A stretch of 64,000 bases of DNA from Nitrospirota bacterium (lineage in GTDB: Bacteria > Nitrospirota > Thermodesulfovibrionia > Thermodesulfovibrionales > Dissulfurispiraceae). Shown here piece after piece: positions 11,260 to 21,053 of the stretch (position 1 is its first letter; each line of letters opens with the position of its first letter). The notes beneath the pieces are model-generated. The model was given only the letters and a program-made list of their open reading frames with translations. It was not told the origin of the DNA and did not search any database. The stretch is from the NCBI GenBank assembly GCA_963790025.1, contig CAWBMP010000004.1, positions 1 to 64,000 on the forward strand. The letters run 5' to 3'. A program made the position numbers and the translations under genes.

Positions 11260-12191
11260 TACGCCGGGGCCGGTATCTGATCGACTAACGATTGCACAAT
11301 CTCCTTTTTTTTGAGATGTTCGTATTCTTCCCTGAAGATGACCCTGTGGGGTATCAGATACTCCGTAAGCTCCCTGACATCTTCAGGAATGACAAAGTCC
11401 CTCCCCTTAAAGTAGGCGTTGGTCCTGGCAGTATAGTGTATCGCCAGTGCCCCCCTCGTAGAAATGCCGGCCGTAAGATATTTGCTGCTGCGAGTCGCTT
11501 CAATGACAGAAAGCATGTACTCAAGGATTTTATCCGAAACATAGACATTCTTTCTAATATCCTCATTTATGGCAAGCGCCTCTTCTTTATTCATCATAGG
11601 CTTCATGCCGTATAACTCCGCCCTCTTGCTGCCTCCTTTCAATATCTCTTTTTCAGCTTCCTTTGAAGGGTAGCCTATACTTATTTTCATCATGAAACGG
11701 TCCAATTGGGATTCAGGGAGAGGGAAGGTACCGAACTGCTCTACAGGGTTCTGCGTGGCAATAACAAAGAAAGGCTGCGGCAGCGTGTAGGTCTGTCTCT
11801 CAATCGTCGCCTGCTTCTCGCCCATGCTTTCTATAAGAGCGCTTTGTGTTTTTGGCGTGGCCCGGTTGATCTCGTCTATAAGTACAATATTGTTGAATAT
11901 AGGACCAGAGCGAAATTCGAATTCTCCGGTATTTTTATTGTAAATTGAAAGTCCGGTGATGTCAGTCGGCAAAAGATCACTGGTACATTGTATCCTGCCG
12001 AATCCGAGACCCAGCGCTTTTGCGATGGCAATCGAAAGTGTCGTTTTCCCCAGGCCAGGCAAATCTTCTATAAGCAGGTGCCCTTTTGAAAAAAAAACAA
12101 TTAGCGATAGCCTTAACGCACGCTCCTTTCCGTGCAGATAGCCCGAAAGGAACTCTATAATATCATTGATCTTCCGGCTTCCGTTTTCCAT
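11259..12191 (-). CDS. MoxR-family AAA+ ATPase
   Basis: HLLIEDLPGLGKTT, DEINRATPKTQSAL, ATQNPVE, FPLPESQLDRF. Confidence 0.95.
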   Translation of the reverse strand: MENGSRKINDIIEFLSGYLHGKERALRLSLIVFFSKGHLLIEDLPGLGKTTLSIAIAKALGLGFGRIQCTSDLLPTDITGLSIYNKNTGEFEFRSGPIFNNIVLIDEINRATPKTQSALIESMGEKQATIERQTYTLPQPFFVIATQNPVEQFGTFPLPESQLDRFMMKISIGYPSKEAEKEILKGGSKRAELYGMKPMMNKEEALAINEDIRKNVYVSDKILEYMLSVIEATRSSKYLTAGISTRGALAIHYTARTNAYFKGRDFVIPEDVRELTEYLIPHRVIFREEYEHLKKKEIVQSLVDQIPAPA

Positions 12192-12222
12192 TACCCTCAA
12201 AAAAACAGGCAAGCTGATTCAT

Positions 12223-12426
12223 CTATTTTGTCAGCTCGATCGCCTCATCAAAGAGCTTGTCCATTGCCTTCGCATCGTTATAAAGGCGGGTAAGGATACC
12301 CGATATTTTTTTCTGACCAAGGAGCCTGGTTGTCTCAGCCCATTTCAAGTATGTCTCGGCATGTTCCATATTATGTTCTTTCCAGTGGTCGAGCAATTTA
12401 TCCAGCTTCTCCAGTTCATTCATCAT
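12223..12426 (-). CDS. Small helical protein with HWxEHNxEHA motif, possibly metal binding
   Basis: AGGAGG RBS; His/Glu motif; downstream of the Ni/Co transporter genes. Confidence 0.7.
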   Translation of the reverse strand: MMNELEKLDKLLDHWKEHNMEHAETYLKWAETTRLLGQKKISGILTRLYNDAKAMDKLFDEAIELTK

Positions 12427-12585
12427 TGAGGCTGCCTCCTAGAAGTATTAAATGGTTTATTATAACATCCTGCCTGATAATTGACCAAAATTGATGGCAA
12501 GTGAAAATGAGAAGCAAACAAACGACGCAGTTTACCTTTGGCCTTTCACTTTTAACTTTTTACTTCTCACTTTTTACTTGCCTCA

Positions 12586-13395
12586 TTAATGCTGGTGGAA
12601 GAGATAATGAGAGTGCAGGTGCCTATGCGCCTTTTCGCCGTGAAAATGGATATGCTCATGGATCAAATTCACCTTCAGGAGCAAGGCCTCATCTTTCAAA
12701 ATGTCGCCGGAGCTGCCGGTGCTCTCGATCCCGTGGTCTTCAGACAAAACAGCAACCTTTGCGTGGAGCTCTCCCACGAGCGACAGATCATGCGTGGCAA
12801 TCACGATTGTCTTGCCGGCCTCGTTCAACGCCACAAGAAGCTCCATAAGAAAACATTGCGTCCTCGGATCGAGACCGTTGGTCGGCTCGTCGAAGAGAAG
12901 GACTTCCGGGTCCATGGTAAGGACCGATGCGATGGCAACACGCTTCTTTTCGCCCCCTGAAAGCATATAAGACGGCCTTTCTTTAAGTCCCTCTATATTC
13001 AGCATTTTCATTATTTCAAATGCTCTGTCGAGCGCTTCAGTTTCAGTTATCCCAAGCTGCAGCGGGCCATAAAGCAGTTCATCGAGCACTGTAGGACAGA
13101 AGAGCTGGATATCAGAATCCTGGAACACATACCCAACTTTTTCGCGGAAATATCGTAAAAAATTCTTTTTATGTAATGTCTTCTCCGAAACCTCATTGCC
13201 GTTAAAATACACCTCTCCACCTGCAGGATGTATAAGCCCGCCCATTATCTGCAGGAGAGTGGATTTCCCGCTGCCGTTAGCCCCTATAACAGCGAACTGC
13301 TCCCCTGCACCCACTTCCAGACTGACGTCTGTAAGAGCGGGAATCCTGTCGTAATAGCGGTACGTCACCTTTTCGATTTTAAAAATAGCTCCCAC
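12586..13395 (-). CDS. cbiO: ECF transporter ATPase (CbiO/NikO) with His-rich C-terminal tail
   Basis: GANGSGKST, LSGGEKKR, DEPT, ATHD; tail HEHIHFH...HRHLHSH..HQH. Confidence 0.9.
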   Translation of the reverse strand: MGAIFKIEKVTYRYYDRIPALTDVSLEVGAGEQFAVIGANGSGKSTLLQIMGGLIHPAGGEVYFNGNEVSEKTLHKKNFLRYFREKVGYVFQDSDIQLFCPTVLDELLYGPLQLGITETEALDRAFEIMKMLNIEGLKERPSYMLSGGEKKRVAIASVLTMDPEVLLFDEPTNGLDPRTQCFLMELLVALNEAGKTIVIATHDLSLVGELHAKVAVLSEDHGIESTGSSGDILKDEALLLKVNLIHEHIHFHGEKAHRHLHSHYLFHQH

Positions 13396-13402
13396 ATTTA
13401 CC

Positions 13403-14257
13403 TCACAGTAATATAATAGCGGTCCCGACAGCTAGGACAAAAAAGAAAAAGACCCAGTCGCCGGCACTAAAAATCCGGTGACCATAAAATCTTATATCTT
13501 CTGAAAAGCCCCGTCCCAGCATCGCCTTGAACACTTCCTCGCAACGCAACTGTGTTTTCCTGAATATAAATGCCATTCTTCCGGCAACCCAGTTACGCCC
13601 GTCGGCACCGCTCGTCCGTCCTGCAAGGCGGCACTTTTTTGCAAGGTACATCTCTTCAACCGTTCTGGCAAAAATGAAAATATATTTATAGGTCAAAGTT
13701 AGGACCATCAAAAAAAAACCTGGGACTCTCAACAGCTTTAATGCCTTGACCACCTCGTGAAATGGTGTTGTATAGATTACCAGTAATGACAGGGCCACTG
13801 AATTTACCACCCTGAACGTGAGCATCATGACGCCGTCTATACCTTGCCTGGTGATGCCGATCTGCCGTGGAATATGATAGCACCAGAAATCATAAGGCTT
13901 GGGAAGTTCGACAAGACGCAAAAAGATCTCCCCGCCGGTAATAGTATTCAGGGACGCCGGTAGCGCAATAAGAAAGCCGAAAACAAATCCGAAAAAGAAC
14001 ACCTTTTTGTAAAAGTCCGCAACATTTACCCTTGAAACGGCAGCAAGAGCAAAAATAAAAGTCCCTATCGCGATTTCAGCAGGGATTGTCTGTTTAAAAC
14101 TTACGATACCGATAAAAAAGAGTAAAAGAAAAACTTTGGCCCTTGCATCAAATTTCTGGAGAAATCCTTTGGCCGATGCCGTTTCCCACTGTATATAGCC
14201 GGTCTTTATCATCCCGGCAATGTGATTCAGCCCCTTGTCAACAAAGGAACTCCCCAT
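13403..14257 (-). CDS. cbiQ: ECF transporter T component (CbiQ/NikQ)
   Basis: FLQKFDARAK, TYKYIF, AMLGRGF; TM helices. Confidence 0.88.
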   Translation of the reverse strand: MGSSFVDKGLNHIAGMIKTGYIQWETASAKGFLQKFDARAKVFLLLFFIGIVSFKQTIPAEIAIGTFIFALAAVSRVNVADFYKKVFFFGFVFGFLIALPASLNTITGGEIFLRLVELPKPYDFWCYHIPRQIGITRQGIDGVMMLTFRVVNSVALSLLVIYTTPFHEVVKALKLLRVPGFFLMVLTLTYKYIFIFARTVEEMYLAKKCRLAGRTSGADGRNWVAGRMAFIFRKTQLRCEEVFKAMLGRGFSEDIRFYGHRIFSAGDWVFFFFVLAVGTAIILL

Positions 14258-14593
14258 TTATTTACCATTCTTCAAAAGCAATCTGAAAATCAGATAAATA
14301 ATGCTGCCGATAACAATAGTTCCCAGAAACCCCGAAACGACATAGGATAGTATCTGTGTCGATACAGGAGAACTTTCTCCACCGAAATTGTAATCATGGA
14401 TCGGGGCTTTCCAGATTTCAGCAATTTTTTTCATGCCCTCGGGAACATATCCCAGCAGCCTTTCAATTTTGTCGGTGCCCCATTCGCCCCATGCGCCACC
14501 GGCGTTGAACATTCTGGGAAGCAAAATGCCGATCGGTGAGAGAAGTGCCATCATGAGAAGTCCGGTCAGCAGCCTTTTCTGAAAAGGCGTCAT
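14258..14593 (-). CDS. PDGLE-domain NikN-like auxiliary subunit
   Basis: LSPIG, AWGEW, WKAPIHDY; two TM helices; AGGAGG RBS. Confidence 0.8.
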   Translation of the reverse strand: MTPFQKRLLTGLLMMALLSPIGILLPRMFNAGGAWGEWGTDKIERLLGYVPEGMKKIAEIWKAPIHDYNFGGESSPVSTQILSYVVSGFLGTIVIGSIIYLIFRLLLKNGK

Positions 14594-14611
14594 TCTGCCG
14601 CCTCCTTTTTA

Positions 14612-14704
14612 AAAAATAAAAAAACCACGAACGCTCTGTAAACCTTCATGGTTTATGCCTTCGTGGCTTACGTATACATTAACAAAGCAACAGCTCTTTG
14701 TCAA
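14612..14704 (-). promoter_or_regulatory. Sigma70 promoter followed by a leader hairpin and U-tract
   Basis: TTGACA-17-TAATGT (14704..14676); AAGCCACGAA...TTCGTGGTTTTTTT. Confidence 0.55.
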
Positions 14705-14759
14705 TTTGAGTCAACACGTTATTTGACCTCACCCACGCGTAAATTTTATTATAGAAGCC

Positions 14760-15971
14760 ATGCTTTCTCCAGAAGAACAATTAACGATAATCAAGAGAGG
14801 AACGATAGAAGTCATCCTCGAAAAAGAACTTCTCCGTAAGCTCGAAAAATCCTGTAAAGAAAAAAAACCCCTGAAGATAAAGGCCGGTTTTGACCCGACA
14901 GCGCCCGACATTCATATCGGTCATACGGTACTGCTCGAAAAAATGCGCCAGTTTCAGGAACTGGGACACGAGATTATCTTTCTGATCGGTGATTTTACCG
15001 GGATGATCGGTGACCCCACCGGTAAATCCGAGACAAGAAGACCGTTGACCAGAGACGATGTGTTAAACAATGCAGAAACCTATAAAGAACAAGTCTTTAA
15101 AATACTGGACCCCGAAAAGACAGTCGTTCGGTTCAACAGTGAATGGCTCATGAATCTTACGGCCATGGATGTAGTCAGGCTGCAAGCAAAGCAGACAGTC
15201 GCGCGGATGCTTGAGCGTGAGGATTTCAAGCAGCGGTTTCAAAACCAAAGCCCGATCGGCATACACGAATTCATGTACCCTTTGCTCCAGGGTTACGACT
15301 CCGTAGCACTGAGTGCCGACGTTGAGCTCGGAGGCACGGACCAGCGGTTCAATCTTCTGATGGGCAGGGAATTGCAGCAGGAATACGGGCAGTCTCCGCA
15401 GGCGTTGGTCATCATGCCGCTTCTGGAGGGACTCGACGGTGTAAAAAAGATGTCGAAAAGCCTCGGTAACTACGTGGGAATTTTTGATGTCCCGAAGGAC
15501 ATGTACGGGAAATTGTTGTCTATTAGCGATACGTTAATGACCAAGTATTACGAACTTCTCAGTCATATAAGCAATGAAGCGCTGCATGACCTTAAAGAGG
15601 GACTGCGATCGGGGACAGTGCATCCAAAGAAAGCAAAGGAAGGCCTTGCTCTCGAACTGGTGGAACGGTATTGGGGAAAAGAAGCCGCAGATCATGCAAA
15701 AGAAGAATTCGACAAGGTCTTCAAGGAAAAAGGGGTTCCCGATGAAATCCCGGTTTACCGCCTTTCCTGGGATAAAGAAGAACTGTGGCTGCCTCAGCTA
15801 TTGAAAACATCCGGCCTCGTGCAGAGCACAGGCGAAGCCATGAGACTTATAAAGCAGGGTGCAATCAGCATCGATGAGCAGAAAGTTGACGACACGAACA
15901 GGAAAATGGCAAAAGGGAGTTATCTTATAAAAGCTGGAAAAAGAAAATTCCTCAGGATAGTGCCGGAGTAA
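14760..15971 (+). CDS. tyrS: Tyrosyl-tRNA synthetase
   Basis: [24 protein letters not shown]-terminal S4 domain. Confidence 0.97.
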   Translation: MLSPEEQLTIIKRGTIEVILEKELLRKLEKSCKEKKPLKIKAGFDPTAPDIHIGHTVLLEKMRQFQELGHEIIFLIGDFTGMIGDPTGKSETRRPLTRDDVLNNAETYKEQVFKILDPEKTVVRFNSEWLMNLTAMDVVRLQAKQTVARMLEREDFKQRFQNQSPIGIHEFMYPLLQGYDSVALSADVELGGTDQRFNLLMGRELQQEYGQSPQALVIMPLLEGLDGVKKMSKSLGNYVGIFDVPKDMYGKLLSISDTLMTKYYELLSHISNEALHDLKEGLRSGTVHPKKAKEGLALELVERYWGKEAADHAKEEFDKVFKEKGVPDEIPVYRLSWDKEELWLPQLLKTSGLVQSTGEAMRLIKQGAISIDEQKVDDTNRKMAKGSYLIKAGKRKFLRIVPE

Positions 15972-16259
15972 AAAAACAAGAGAGACAATCTACTTATAAT
16001 CTTCCTTGCCGTTGTATCCGACGCGGGTGAGCATGCCGGTAACCAACACAGGTATCAACTTGGTCAAAGGTGTCTGGTTATTTCGGTAATCAACACAACC
16101 CATCGCCCAAAATTGCAGTGGCCCATTACTTTTAGGGGTTAATAATAATCAAATATGTAAAAATACTCTAATATAATTGTTTTTATGCGTTTTTTGCTCA
16201 TTAAAATATAAATTAAACACTTTTCTATTCTTTCCGATAACAAGATAGGAGGGGATAGG

Positions 16260-16964
16260 ATGCTTACAGATATTTCAGCAGCGGTAATGAAAAAACTCGT
16301 CATAGAGAACCTCTTCCTCGCGTCCCTTTCCGCTAAGGTAAATCAGGTTGAGAGTGCATTTACGCATACAGTTGAGGCATTGGCAAGGGCGACAGAAGCA
16401 AACGATGAAGACACAGACAATCATAACGGGGTCGGCATGTATTGCGCAATTATTGCGAAACATCTTGGTATGCCGGATTCGTTTATTAGCCTGATTCGGC
16501 TTCAAGCGTTGATGCATGACGTCGGGAAGATACATATACATCCCGACATACTGAGAAAACCGGACAAACTGACGTCCGATGAATTTGCGGTAATGAAGCA
16601 GCATACCCTGTATGGTTCAAAGATTCTCGGCAATCACAAAAGACTGACGCTGGCAAAGGAAATAGCCCTGAGCCATCATGAGAGGTGGGATGGCAGCGGC
16701 TATCCTCAAGGGTTGAAAGGTAAAGACATACCGATATCCGCCAGGATAACGAATATAGCCGACCAGTATGACGCCTTGAGAAATCAGAGATGTTATAAGC
16801 CAGCCTTTGATCATATGACAACATATAAAATCCTGACCGAGGGAGACGGAAGGACAATCCCAAATCACTTTGACCCGCAAATCCTCAAGGCATTCAGGGA
16901 AGCGGCCTCAAAGTTTGAAGCGGTGTCTGAAAGACTGAAGGGATCAAAAATAGTTAACAATTAA
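16260..16964 (+). CDS. HD-GYP cyclic-dinucleotide phosphodiesterase, stand-alone and possibly N-truncated
   Basis: HDVGKI, HHERWDGSGYP, ADQYDAL, YKPAF. Confidence 0.85.
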   Translation: MLTDISAAVMKKLVIENLFLASLSAKVNQVESAFTHTVEALARATEANDEDTDNHNGVGMYCAIIAKHLGMPDSFISLIRLQALMHDVGKIHIHPDILRKPDKLTSDEFAVMKQHTLYGSKILGNHKRLTLAKEIALSHHERWDGSGYPQGLKGKDIPISARITNIADQYDALRNQRCYKPAFDHMTTYKILTEGDGRTIPNHFDPQILKAFREAASKFEAVSERLKGSKIVNN

Positions 16965-16972
16965 AAAGCATT

Positions 16973-17086
16973 ATGTGGGAGATTGCCGGACTACAAACAT
17001 TGCCTGTAATAGCCATGACCGCCCATGCCTTGAAGAAGGACATGGAGAGATGCCTTTCTGCTGCTAATAACAAAAAAGATAAATAA
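16973..17086 (+). pseudogene. Relic of a receiver-domain C-terminal half
   Basis: LPVIAMTAHALKKDMERCLSA resembles the PIIAMTAHA..GDRERCL.AG segment of hybrid-kinase receivers. Confidence 0.7.
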
Positions 17087-17207
17087 AGTACTATTTGTCT
17101 TTCTTTTGGCGGTGGACAACAGTTTGATCCTTAACAAGCCAAACGCTGCAGACTGTGGCCTACCGCACCCGCGGTTTTTTTTATTGCTAATGAATTCTAT
17201 TAATCAC

Positions 17208-17267
17208 CTAAATAACTTCACTCGTCGTATCAAACTCCCCTGACTCGGCAAATGTAACAGCAGACAT
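17208..17267 (-). pseudogene. Degenerate third copy of the FAE-GEFDT microprotein
   Basis: MSAVTFAESGEFDTTSEVI*. Confidence 0.6.
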
Positions 17268-17293
17268 TGTAGTTTAAAAACTTCTTTTCCTTG

Positions 17294-17461
17294 TTATTCC
17301 GCCCTCAACTCCTGCCGTTTATCCTGTTGTTTCCGCTGTGTTGAACGGAGGTCTTTCCTTGCTTCGTTTTCTTTCATTATCTGCTTTGCCGTATCAAAAT
17401 CTCCTTCTTCCGCAAAAGCTGCAGCCATCATGATTGTCTCAAACCTTTTAAATAATTTCAT
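17294..17461 (-). CDS. 55-aa microprotein, copy 2
   Basis: MKLFKRFETIMMAAAFAEEGDFDTAKQIMKENEARKDLRSTQRKQQDKRQELRAE*; AAGGAGG RBS. Confidence 0.8.
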   Translation of the reverse strand: MKLFKRFETIMMAAAFAEEGDFDTAKQIMKENEARKDLRSTQRKQQDKRQELRAE

Positions 17462-17476
17462 CGTCATTCCTCCTTG

Positions 17477-17644
17477 TTATTCCGCCCTCAACTCCTGCCG
17501 TTTATCCTGTTGTTTCCGCTGTGTTGAACGGAGGTCTTTCCTTGTTTCATTTTCCTTCATTATCTGCTTTGCTGTATCAAATTCTCCCGCTTCACCAAAA
17601 GCTGCTGCCATCATGATTGTCTCAAACCTTTCAAATAATTTCAT
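17477..17644 (-). CDS. 55-aa microprotein, copy 1
   Basis: MKLFERFETIMMAAAFGEAGEFDTAKQIMKENETRKDLRSTQRKQQDKRQELRAE*; GGGAGG RBS. Confidence 0.8.
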   Translation of the reverse strand: MKLFERFETIMMAAAFGEAGEFDTAKQIMKENETRKDLRSTQRKQQDKRQELRAE

Positions 17645-17686
17645 TGTATCCTCCCTTTGAATGTTTTATATCTTATATAGTTGTAT

Positions 17687-17702
17687 AGCACTTTCCGTGC
17701 CA
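17687..17702 (-). promoter_or_regulatory. Sigma54 (-24/-12) promoter
   Basis: TGGCACGGAAAGTGCT with GG-N10-GC spacing, about 43 nt upstream of ATG 17644. Confidence 0.75.
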
Positions 17703-18158
17703 AAACATATATGATTGTTTATACAAGTTTTTTAGCACTCCGACAAAAATAACAAATGTTGTACTATGTAACAGCATCAAATTGTTCATACAGCAAGATG
17801 TTGTTTTTATGGGAAATTATTATTAGATACAAAACGAACCACTGTGCTGTAAAATGCAACACTAGAAGATAGTTTGGCACGCCGGTCGAGCAGGGGCTGC
17901 TCACCACGCCGTGGATGTGACCATAGATGCTAAGTCCAAGGTTTATATAAGTATTAGAAAGTGACGCGGGAGCGAGACAGGAGTACTTTCGATTAGATAT
18001 ATTAGAACTTAAAGGTTCTATTGTCAGGAGAGTTTTATAATCGAATATTTCGCGATTTTGACTTATCACGAGGCAATTAGGCAATATAACTCATCTTGAT
18101 ACATGATTATTAAGTTTTGCATTAACTCTGATAAGTTGGAAGTTGGAGCATTTTTGTT

Positions 18159-18920
18159 ATGAGCATTATACATTTGTTGATAGTTGGATTGGCAGCAGTT
18201 GCAGGAGGTGCAGTCAATGCACTTGCCGGAGGCGGCACACTTATTACATTTCCCATGCTTACAGCTGTAGGTGTTCCGGTTGTTGCCGCCAACATAACAA
18301 ATACCGTAGCCCTTTGCCCCGGCTATTTGGGCGCAACCTTTGCCCAAATGAAGGACCTGCGAGGCCAGTCGCTTCGCCTGTGGCTGCTTCTGCCGGTTTG
18401 TGTTCTTGGAGGGATCGGTGGAGGGATTTTACTCCTTCATACAGGTGATCAGTTTTTTCGTAAAATTGTACCTTTTCTTATCATAATTGCCGTCGTTCTT
18501 ATGGCCGTGCAGGACAAATTGCGCGAATGGCTTATGCGCCGCGCAGGCAAATCCGGAGTTGCTACATTGCACGATGCGTGGACGATATTACCAATCATTC
18601 CCGCTGCTGTCTATGGGGGCTTCTTCGGAGCAGGAGTAAGCGTAATAGTGATTGCAGTGCTTGGCCTTGTTCTGGAAGATTCGCTCATACGACTTAATGC
18701 CCTCAAGCAGGCACTGTCATTCACTATTAACATTGCAGCCGCAATCTTTTTCCTGTTCTCCGGTCATGTAGTATGGTCTGCGGCTCTTGTTATGGCTGTG
18801 GGGGCCCTTGCAGGAGGGGCACTGGGGGGTCGGTTGGCCGGGAGGATCAGCCCACGCAGGTTGCGAAGCATCATAATTTTAATAGGTTCTATTGTCGCTC
18901 TTATTTATCTGGTTCGCTGA
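18159..18920 (+). CDS. TSUP (TauE/SafE) family transporter
   Basis: [27 protein letters not shown]. Confidence 0.9.
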   Translation: MSIIHLLIVGLAAVAGGAVNALAGGGTLITFPMLTAVGVPVVAANITNTVALCPGYLGATFAQMKDLRGQSLRLWLLLPVCVLGGIGGGILLLHTGDQFFRKIVPFLIIIAVVLMAVQDKLREWLMRRAGKSGVATLHDAWTILPIIPAAVYGGFFGAGVSVIVIAVLGLVLEDSLIRLNALKQALSFTINIAAAIFFLFSGHVVWSAALVMAVGALAGGALGGRLAGRISPRRLRSIIILIGSIVALIYLVR

Positions 18921-18958
18921 AAAAGATCAGCTGTGATTTAAGACGGGAGCACACCCTT

Positions 18959-19375
18959 TTACTCCCCAATTATCTTTAACAAGACTCTTTTTTTCCTTCT
19001 TCCATCAAATTCACCGTAAAAAATTCTCTCCCAAGGCCCAAAATCGAATTTGCCTTCCGTAATAGCTACTACAACCTCCCTGCCCATAATCTGACGTTTC
19101 ATATGGGCGTCAGCGTTGTCTTCACCAACATTGTGGCGATACTGCGATACAGGCTCATGAGGCGCAAGTTTTTCGAGCCATACGTCGTAATCTCTGTGAA
19201 GCCCCGATTCGTCGTCGTTGATAAACACTGACGCGGTTATATGCATCGCGTTAATCAATGCAAGGCCCTCTTTTATGCCGCTTTCAGCAAGGCATTCTTC
19301 AACTTGTGAGGTAATGTTAATGAAGGCTCTCCGCGTGGAAATATTAAACCAAAGTTCTTTGCGGTAGCTTTTCAA
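18959..19375 (-). CDS. yjbQ: YjbQ/UPF0047 family protein
   Basis: [29 protein letters not shown]. Confidence 0.9.
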   Translation of the reverse strand: MKSYRKELWFNISTRRAFINITSQVEECLAESGIKEGLALINAMHITASVFINDDESGLHRDYDVWLEKLAPHEPVSQYRHNVGEDNADAHMKRQIMGREVVVAITEGKFDFGPWERIFYGEFDGRRKKRVLLKIIGE

Positions 19376-19395
19376 TTTAATTTCCTCTCTTCCTC

Positions 19396-19770
19396 TTAAT
19401 GCCCTTCCAGCAGGCAGCGTATGGTATTTCTTAGCTTGGTGAGGTCGCTGGACTTGGTAAGATACTCGTCCGCGCCGAACATAATGAAATTATCTTTCGT
19501 GTAATCATAAGCCGTGTGGATAATAACCGGCATGGAAGGCACAGCTCCTTTCAGGGCTTTCAGCACTTCCTTGCCATTGACGCCGGGCATGTTAACATCG
19601 AGGACAACGAGGTCAATATTATAGTTCCCGACTGTAACATCCTTGATGACCTGTTCGATAGCCTCTTTTCCCTCCGTTACAGTAATCACTTTATAGCCAT
19701 CCTCTTCCAATTCCTCCCTGCACAAGCGAAGGATATTCTTCTCATCATCAACCAACAAAATTGTGGCCAT
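19396..19770 (-). CDS. Single-domain response regulator
   Basis: LVDDE, LDVNMPG, HTAY, YLTK. Confidence 0.9.
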   Translation of the reverse strand: MATILLVDDEKNILRLCREELEEDGYKVITVTEGKEAIEQVIKDVTVGNYNIDLVVLDVNMPGVNGKEVLKALKGAVPSMPVIIHTAYDYTKDNFIMFGADEYLTKSSDLTKLRNTIRCLLEGH

Positions 19771-19797
19771 AGATTCGGCACCTCCATACTGAATGCT

Positions 19798-20994
19798 TTA
19801 GGACCTGTATTCAGCGTTGATTTTGACATATTCTTCGGTCAGGTCACAGGTCAGCACCGTTGCAGCGCCTTTTCCGAGATGGAGATCAACTTCTATTTTG
19901 ATCTCCCTCCTCTTCAGCCTCTTATTAGCTTCCTGGTCTTTCCCGGTGCTTCTGCCGTTATTCGCCACCCGTATACCATTCATCATAATATTGGTTTTTT
20001 CCTCTTTGATCATAATTCCCGAATACCCGAGGGCGGCAATAAGTCTGCCCCAGTTCGCATCGTTGCCGCAGAGCGCAGTCTTTACCAGCATCGAATTTGC
20101 AATCGCAAAAGCCCCCTTTTTGGCCTCTGCATCATTCCTCGCATTCTTTACCACAACCCTAACAAACTTCGAGGCGCCCTCCCCGTCCTTTATTATCATC
20201 TCGCTTAATTCCAGCGTGATCTGTGCAAGCGCAGATGAAAAACTACCGAACTCCGGAGATGACTTTTTAATTTGAGCATTGCCGGCCATGCCGTTTGCCA
20301 TCATGAGGACCGTGTCATTAGTCGACATATCGCCGTCAACCGTAATCGTATTAAAAGACCGCTCAACAGCGCCTCTCAGCGCACTGTCGAGAGCGAAACG
20401 CTCAATGCCGGCGTCAGTCATTATAAAGCAGAGCATGGTTGCCATGTCCGGGCATATCATTCCCGAGCCCTTGCATATGCCGGAAATCGTCAGCAATACA
20501 CCATTAACCTTTATCCTTCTGCTGACAACCTTTGGAAAAGTATCGGTCGTCATAATAGCTGCGGCAACATCATCTATAGTGGACCGGCCAAGCGAGCCGC
20601 AGAGTTCAGTGATACCCAGGCGTATCCTCTCCATAGGCAATGGAGTACCAATTACCCCTGTGGAACACGCGTATACAGAGCCGGCTTTCAGTTTCAGCGC
20701 ACCGGCAGTGAGCGCAGTCATTTCAATGGCGTCCTTCATCCCCTGCTCTGCTGTGCAGGCGTTGGCATTGCCGCTGTTGACGATGATCGCCCGGCCTTTG
20801 CCTGACCCGATCCGCTTCATATCGAGCTTTACAGGAGCGGCCTTGACGGTATTTTTGGTAAATAGGCCTGAAACAACCGCTTCTCCTTCTGAGTAAATCA
20901 GCGCAAGGTCTTTCCTGCCCGGATTTTTTATTGCCGCCTCTACCGTTGAAAAGATAAATCCCTTTGGGGTCTTGATGCCTGGTTTATTTGTCAT
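19798..20994 (-). CDS. argJ: Bifunctional ornithine acetyltransferase / N-acetylglutamate synthase
   Basis: NSGNANACT, STGVIG, KGSGMICPDMATML, DGEGASK. Confidence 0.96.
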   Translation of the reverse strand: MTNKPGIKTPKGFIFSTVEAAIKNPGRKDLALIYSEGEAVVSGLFTKNTVKAAPVKLDMKRIGSGKGRAIIVNSGNANACTAEQGMKDAIEMTALTAGALKLKAGSVYACSTGVIGTPLPMERIRLGITELCGSLGRSTIDDVAAAIMTTDTFPKVVSRRIKVNGVLLTISGICKGSGMICPDMATMLCFIMTDAGIERFALDSALRGAVERSFNTITVDGDMSTNDTVLMMANGMAGNAQIKKSSPEFGSFSSALAQITLELSEMIIKDGEGASKFVRVVVKNARNDAEAKKGAFAIANSMLVKTALCGNDANWGRLIAALGYSGIMIKEEKTNIMMNGIRVANNGRSTGKDQEANKRLKRREIKIEVDLHLGKGAATVLTCDLTEEYVKINAEYRS

Positions 20995-21053
20995 ACAGAT
21001 AGCATAATTTTATAACAACTGATTTTGCAATATTGAGGGATTCCTTCAGGGGG

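Noticed and set aside
11259..12191. MoxR as the missing NorQ
   Set aside because: Sits in the standard MoxR-DUF58-transglutaminase triad with no NorD/vWA partner
17110..17185. c-di-GMP riboswitch near the HD-GYP gene
   Set aside because: No GCAAA/GNRA-receptor consensus; best read as a simple hairpin with a T-tract
17288..17660. Possible CRISPR array, and the + strand ORF 17430..17660
   Set aside because: The 183-bp units have no spacers and code on the minus strand; the + ORF is their shadow
17875..17890. Second sigma54 site (TGGCAC) for the TSUP gene
   Set aside because: The -12 position reads GA, not GC
19516..20896. Long antisense ORFs over argJ, and similar ones over cox, hcp and degP
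   Set aside because: Codon-bias shadows of well-supported genes
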